DNA from: an uncultured Desulfospira sp.
Lineage (GTDB): Bacteria > Desulfobacterota > Desulfobacteria > Desulfobacterales > Desulfobacteraceae
Reading direction: 5' to 3'
DNA length: 64,000 nucleotides
NCBI GenBank assembly: GCA_963663165.1
Contig: OY760175.1
Coordinates: forward strand, 5,632,001 to 5,696,000
The position numbers and the translations under genes were made by a program. The notes beneath the pieces were generated by a model. It did not search any database, was not told the origin of the DNA, and saw only the letters and a list, made by a program, of their open reading frames with translations. Shown here piece after piece: positions 59,718 to 64,000 of the stretch (position 1 is the first letter of the stretch; every line of letters begins with the position of its first letter).

Positions 59718-60743
59718 ATGAAAACAGCGCTGAAAACAGCAGTGGCTTTCCTGGTAGCGGCAGGCCTTGTTCTGGTGCCATGCAAGGGCCGCGCGGCCGA
59801 TCCGCCAGTTGACATTACGTTTATCAAGCCGGTTAAGTATAAATTAAGGCTGGCTCACGGGCTTCCTGTGGACTCTCTTTACGATAAGGGGTGTCAACGG
59901 TTTGCCGAACTGGTCAATATCTACACCGAAGGGGAAATTGAAATACAAATATTCCCCTTGGCCGAACTCGGCACAGAGCAGGAAACCACCAGGATGGTCC
60001 GGCTCGGCACTTTGGACTTAAGCCTTCAGGCGGTGAACAACACAACCATGTGGTACCCGCCCATGGACATTTATATCATGCCGTTTATCTTCAGAGACAG
60101 AACCCATGCGGAACATGTCCTGTTCGGCCCCATCGGGCAGAACATGGAAAAAGAATATATCGAGGCCAGCGACATGAGAATCGTATCCTGGTTTGAGTGG
60201 GGAGACCGGTCGATTTTTAATAAGATCAGGCCCATCAACAAGCCGGAGGACCTTAAAGGAATCCGGATCAGGGTCCCTAAAAATCCTGTGATGATTGATA
60301 CCTACAACACCCTTGGTGCCATTGCCGTGGCCATTGACTGGGGGCATCTGTACAATGCGCTCAAAGAGGATCTGGCCGACGGCCTGGAAGGCCCCCCGCC
60401 GGGCATGGTGGATATGAAATTCTATGATTTTTTGACCTATTACTCTTATATCAATGTGTTTTACGGCCTGGCCGATATGGTCATGAATGAGGCGTTGTTC
60501 CAGAGTTTAAGCCCTGAAAACCAGGCGGCCATATTAAAAGCCGGCAAAGAGGCCGGAAAACACCAGCGCTGGCTGTCTGCCCGGTCTCACCTGCTGGGGT
60601 TGCAAAAATTGTCGCAGCTCGGGGTTAAACTCAATAAAGTTGAGGACAAACAGGCTTTTGTGGATAAAGTCAAACCGGTTTGGGAAAAGTACAAGGAAAT
60701 CTTCGGGCAAGCGTTATTTGATGCCGTCATATACACCAATTAA
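59718..60743 (+). CDS. dctP: TRAP transporter substrate-binding protein (DctP family)
   Basis: Signal peptide; FP..ELG.E, PFIFRD and DLKGIRIRVP. Confidence 0.9.
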   Translation: MKTALKTAVAFLVAAGLVLVPCKGRAADPPVDITFIKPVKYKLRLAHGLPVDSLYDKGCQRFAELVNIYTEGEIEIQIFPLAELGTEQETTRMVRLGTLDLSLQAVNNTTMWYPPMDIYIMPFIFRDRTHAEHVLFGPIGQNMEKEYIEASDMRIVSWFEWGDRSIFNKIRPINKPEDLKGIRIRVPKNPVMIDTYNTLGAIAVAIDWGHLYNALKEDLADGLEGPPPGMVDMKFYDFLTYYSYINVFYGLADMVMNEALFQSLSPENQAAILKAGKEAGKHQRWLSARSHLLGLQKLSQLGVKLNKVEDKQAFVDKVKPVWEKYKEIFGQALFDAVIYTN

Positions 60744-60817
60744 CATGACCCCGGTCTGCCCGGCACTGGTGGACAAATCGTCTGCCGGGGCCGCTGCCGG
60801 GTGGTGCGGGGACCGGA

Positions 60818-61140
60818 TCAGTTGCCGAATTCCGAGGCAAAAATCGACAGGTCCTCCTCATCCACCTCGCCGTCGTCGTTCAAATCCGCATCAGGGAAGA
60901 CACCGTCTGAAAAACTTTGGGTAAAGGTCTGTAAGTCGTTTCCGTCCACGTCATAGTCCGTATCCGTATCGGTCAGGTTGAACACGGTAAAGGTGGTGGT
61001 CTCGTCACTGGTAAAATCGTTCTGGGAAACAATGATGACGGATAGGTCCTCATTGGTCAGGCTGTATTCGGTTGAGATGTTCTAGGCCTTGGTGGTTGTC
61101 CCGCTGTTGGTAATGGTAAAGGTACAGGTTCCGGCCTGAT
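60818..61140 (-). pseudogene. 3' remnant of a secreted protein ending in a dockerin/EF-hand-like domain
   Basis: Manual translation ...TTKA*NISTEY...DTDTDYDVDGNDLQTF...ADLNDDGEVDEEDLSIFASEFGN*; in-frame TAG at 61082-84. Confidence 0.7.
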
Positions 61141-61261
61141 TGTTTCCGCAAAATGATTCAAGGCAAAAAGGTGTATAATTTTGGTAAAAAATGTCATAAA
61201 GTTGTTGAAAATTTTTCCTATTTTGCCGTACAACAGGAAGGAGATTTGAAGGAGGCCGGTA

Positions 61262-61879
61262 ATGGATAGGGTATCCCCTGTGTTTGAACAGCATTATCAA
61301 TCTTACCTGGAGCAGATTTCCCTTCTGGATTTTGACGCATTGGCCCTGAAGTTGGGCGGAGAAGTTAAGGACAGCGGGAAGGTGCTTTCCCTGCCGTTAC
61401 TGGGGACATGGTATGATATTTCGTCCGGGGAAATCACAGGCCCGGGCCTTAAAAAACCGGGATATGATGCCTGTGTGATTTTATGCCGGTATCTGCTCAT
61501 GTGCCCGGATGAACTGCCCCGGGACCAGGTCTGGACAGGATTCCGGGACCTTAAGGATTCAGGTCCCCTGACCGTTTATTTCAAGGATAATGTGGAAAAG
61601 AAAATCGGGGATCATTTCGCGGGCGGACTGGACCGGTTAAAGACAATGCTCGGGCAGCTTGGCGCATATCCACCGGACCTGGATGTCAGCTATGATCTGG
61701 CTGTCCAGGTGGACGGACTGCCCCGGATCCCCATGGTGGTGCTGTTCAACGATGCAGAACCCGGGTTTCCGGCGTCCTGCTCTGTGCTGTTTCACCGGCA
61801 TGTGGAATCCTTTCTGGATGCCGAATGTATCGCCATGTTGGGGTACCGGTTAGGGGAACGGCTTTGCCGCCCTAAGTAA
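61262..61879 (+). CDS. DUF3786-like protein
   Basis: LCRYL...W.GFRDL..GPL...F...LPRIP...F.DAE..FPA.C.VLF pattern; GGAGG RBS. Confidence 0.75.
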   Translation: MDRVSPVFEQHYQSYLEQISLLDFDALALKLGGEVKDSGKVLSLPLLGTWYDISSGEITGPGLKKPGYDACVILCRYLLMCPDELPRDQVWTGFRDLKDSGPLTVYFKDNVEKKIGDHFAGGLDRLKTMLGQLGAYPPDLDVSYDLAVQVDGLPRIPMVVLFNDAEPGFPASCSVLFHRHVESFLDAECIAMLGYRLGERLCRPK

Positions 61880-62042
61880 ACGGTTTGATTTTGCTGATTG
61901 TAAAAAACGTGAAATTGACCGGGAAACCGGGTTTTCCGGGCTTTACATTCCGGTCATATGCTGGTACTTTAAAGCCGTTGAAGCGACTCACTTGGGATAC
62001 GGGGCAGAGTAAGAGCAAAACCCAAAAAATCGATGGATTAAA

Positions 62043-63284
62043 ATGCAAAAAATGAATACAGGGCTGGCGCCCGAATATATTGACGACGGAAGTTCGTTTT
62101 TCCTTGTTGATCCGTTATCCATCAGCCCTGAAACCCTGTCCAATTTTGTTCTGTTCGAGCGGTTTGGAAAAAATGGGAATACCTATAAATTCAGATGTCT
62201 TTTAACGGATTCCGACGCCCTTCCCAGGGAACGGCTGATGGCACTTTTACGATCCTGGGACGATGTCTATATTCATAAAAGACAGCAGACGGCATACAAA
62301 GAATATGTCAGGGAGAACCTTGAATATATTCTGGACCACGACGAAATTGATATCAAAAAGAAAACCGACACCCTGGTAAGCCTTTCCACGGATGTGATCA
62401 AGGCCTCTCTTTCTGATAATTTTAAAACCTTTGAAGGGGCCCAGGCCGTTGTCGAAAATGTGGAACATCTCGTTGCCCGCGCCGTGGATTTTATTGCCGG
62501 AATGGAATCCTTAAAGGGAATATCCGCTCTGGCCGGACACGATTACGATACCCACACCCATTCCGTTAAAGTGGGCTGGCTGATGGCAACCTTTATCAAT
62601 GCCAACCAGGACCTGATCAACGTGAAAACCAAAAAAAGCCTGCGGGATATCATGATCCGTGCTGCGGTGGCCGGATTCCTCCACGATATCGGGAAGGTTA
62701 AAATCCCCAAAAATGTGATCAATAAGAACGGCCGGCTGGACAACCTCGAGTACGGCCTGATTCAGGCCCATACCGCATATTCCGTCAGCCTTCTGTTTGA
62801 TACAAACCTACCTAAGTCCTGCATGCAGGCTATCTTGTACCACCATGAAAATGAGGATGGGTCCGGATATCCTTCAGGTCTTAAAGGGGACCGGATCCCT
62901 GTTCTGGCCAAAATCTGCCATATCGTAGACGTGTTTGACGCACTCACCTCAAAGCGCTCCTATAAACAAGCCAAAACCCCCTTTGAAGCCTTGGGGATCA
63001 TGGCGGGTAAAAACCCCCACCTCGATGCCCTGCAGCAGTTTGAAGCCGAAGCCAAGGAAAACAAACGGGCCCCGGTGACCGCGGTGGTCAGGGACAAATA
63101 TGAGGAAAAGCTCAAACGGCTCAGAGAACGGGAGATTTTGGAGGAAGAAGCCGAAAAACGGGTCGAAGCCCGAAACAAACTCAGGGATCAGGGGATGGCC
63201 CATTGTTTTAATGCCGACCTGCTCAAACGGTTTGTCCTGACCATCAATAAATCCGGCAGCTTTGATCTGTCGGGGCTTTTATAG
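62043..63284 (+). CDS. HD-GYP domain phosphodiesterase
   Basis: THTHSVKV, LHDIGK, HHENEDGSGYP and DVFDALTSKRSYK. Confidence 0.92.
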   Translation: MQKMNTGLAPEYIDDGSSFFLVDPLSISPETLSNFVLFERFGKNGNTYKFRCLLTDSDALPRERLMALLRSWDDVYIHKRQQTAYKEYVRENLEYILDHDEIDIKKKTDTLVSLSTDVIKASLSDNFKTFEGAQAVVENVEHLVARAVDFIAGMESLKGISALAGHDYDTHTHSVKVGWLMATFINANQDLINVKTKKSLRDIMIRAAVAGFLHDIGKVKIPKNVINKNGRLDNLEYGLIQAHTAYSVSLLFDTNLPKSCMQAILYHHENEDGSGYPSGLKGDRIPVLAKICHIVDVFDALTSKRSYKQAKTPFEALGIMAGKNPHLDALQQFEAEAKENKRAPVTAVVRDKYEEKLKRLREREILEEEAEKRVEARNKLRDQGMAHCFNADLLKRFVLTINKSGSFDLSGLL

Positions 63285-63407
63285 GGATTCGGCTGAAAGG
63301 GTTTAGGGAAAAAACGCCAGGCCGAAGATGACGACAGGTTGTTGCGGGGCATTAGGGCACAGCGCGGCAAAGCCGCAACCCCAATATGTGTTCCCTGCTG
63401 GTGAATG

Positions 63408-63770
63408 TAATGTATATTGTTGAGACTTGGGATATGGGGTAGCAAGAGGTTCTCAATGTATGGAATGCTTTTCGCCTTGCTCTGTCATCCTAAAATTGAG
63501 GGCTTCGCCCTTTTTTTTATATTCTCACGCAAAGGCGCTAAGGCGCAAAGAATACTATTGCCCAAGGAAAGTTAAGCTTTGCGCCGTTGCGCCTTTGCGA
63601 GAGTTTTTTTTAAAGCGTTGCCCACCATTGCCCATATAACATGTTGTTTGTGAGGGGTAAATCAAACGGGGCCATGCCAACTACCGGCTTGGGACTTGGG
63701 GCGGCCACGGACGCTGCAATCCCCAAGTCCCAAGCCCCATATCCCAAGTCCATTTTGTTGGGGTTATTTC
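63408..63770. repeat. Split copy of the heptamer element seen at 327-440, enclosing a GCGCAAAG palindrome (63523-63603)
   Basis: 63408-63438 equals 327-357; 63688-63770 resembles 360-440; between them lies ctcacgcaaaggcgctaaggcgcaaag ... ctttgcgccgttgcgcctttgcgagag. Confidence 0.75.
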
Positions 63771-63795
63771 CCCCAGAATAATCTTAATAAAATTT

Positions 63796-63948
63796 GTAAC
63801 TATTCAGCTAATGCTGAAAACTAAGTAAAAATCAGGGTCCGTAACTGTTCATCAGTGCTTCATATTTGTTTAGTCAGGTCTTCGTAGCATACTTTTGCTA
63901 TGTGAGAAGGCCTGAATGAGCGAAGATGGGGCACTGCTGAACAGTTAC
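63796..63948. mobile_element. IS66-type MITE, 153 bp
   Basis: Near-identical to 58796-58947; perfect 8-bp TSD TAAAATTT (63788-95, 63949-56). Confidence 0.92.
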
Positions 63949-64000
63949 TAAAATTTTAAGCTTTTGGAGCTGAGTAGCACAGAGAAACACTTTAGTTTCA

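Noticed and set aside
59718..60743. DctP without dctQM as a novel system
   Set aside because: Orphan TRAP binding proteins are common, and nothing else here is unusual.
61082..61084. In-frame TAG as a pyrrolysine codon
   Set aside because: The gene is 5'-truncated and not a methylamine methyltransferase; a nonsense mutation is simpler.

Overview
This is a bacterial chromosomal window. Gene content and repeat style suggest a Desulfobacteraceae-like sulfate reducer (inference). The housekeeping and envelope blocks are: pta 5' end, acyl-CoA ligase, a sigma-54-driven cohesin/PEP-CTERM-like gene, an LpoB-TPR-YcfL lipoprotein operon, a six-gene TonB/ExbBD-TPR operon, chemotaxis genes, an oversized acidic flgD-E-N-K-L/fliD cluster, a hybrid kinase with a diguanylate cyclase, a livKHMGF ABC operon, DctP and an HD-GYP protein. 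An AT-rich accessory island at about 16.9-25.7 kb carries the best novelty candidate, a single-gene SIR2-like/Ser-Thr-kinase fusion that may act in anti-phage defence. The island also holds an orphan XRE antitoxin with a toxin remnant and a three-gene Zn-ribbon/DDE/AAA transposon (20327-25616, 4-bp TSD). This transposon splits a 79-codon gene and itself hosts an ISNCY/ISDol1-like IS (23402-25279, 6-bp TSD). An IS66-type MITE occurs four times, and one copy disrupts a divergent glyA paralogue with a perfect 8-bp TSD. Other candidates are a ParA with a membrane-anchored small partner, a permease-less cytoplasmic SBP/GTPase/ATPase triad and a terminator-containing leader upstream of the TonB operon. 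No rRNA, tRNA or CRISPR array was recognised. All calls were made by eye, without database searches.
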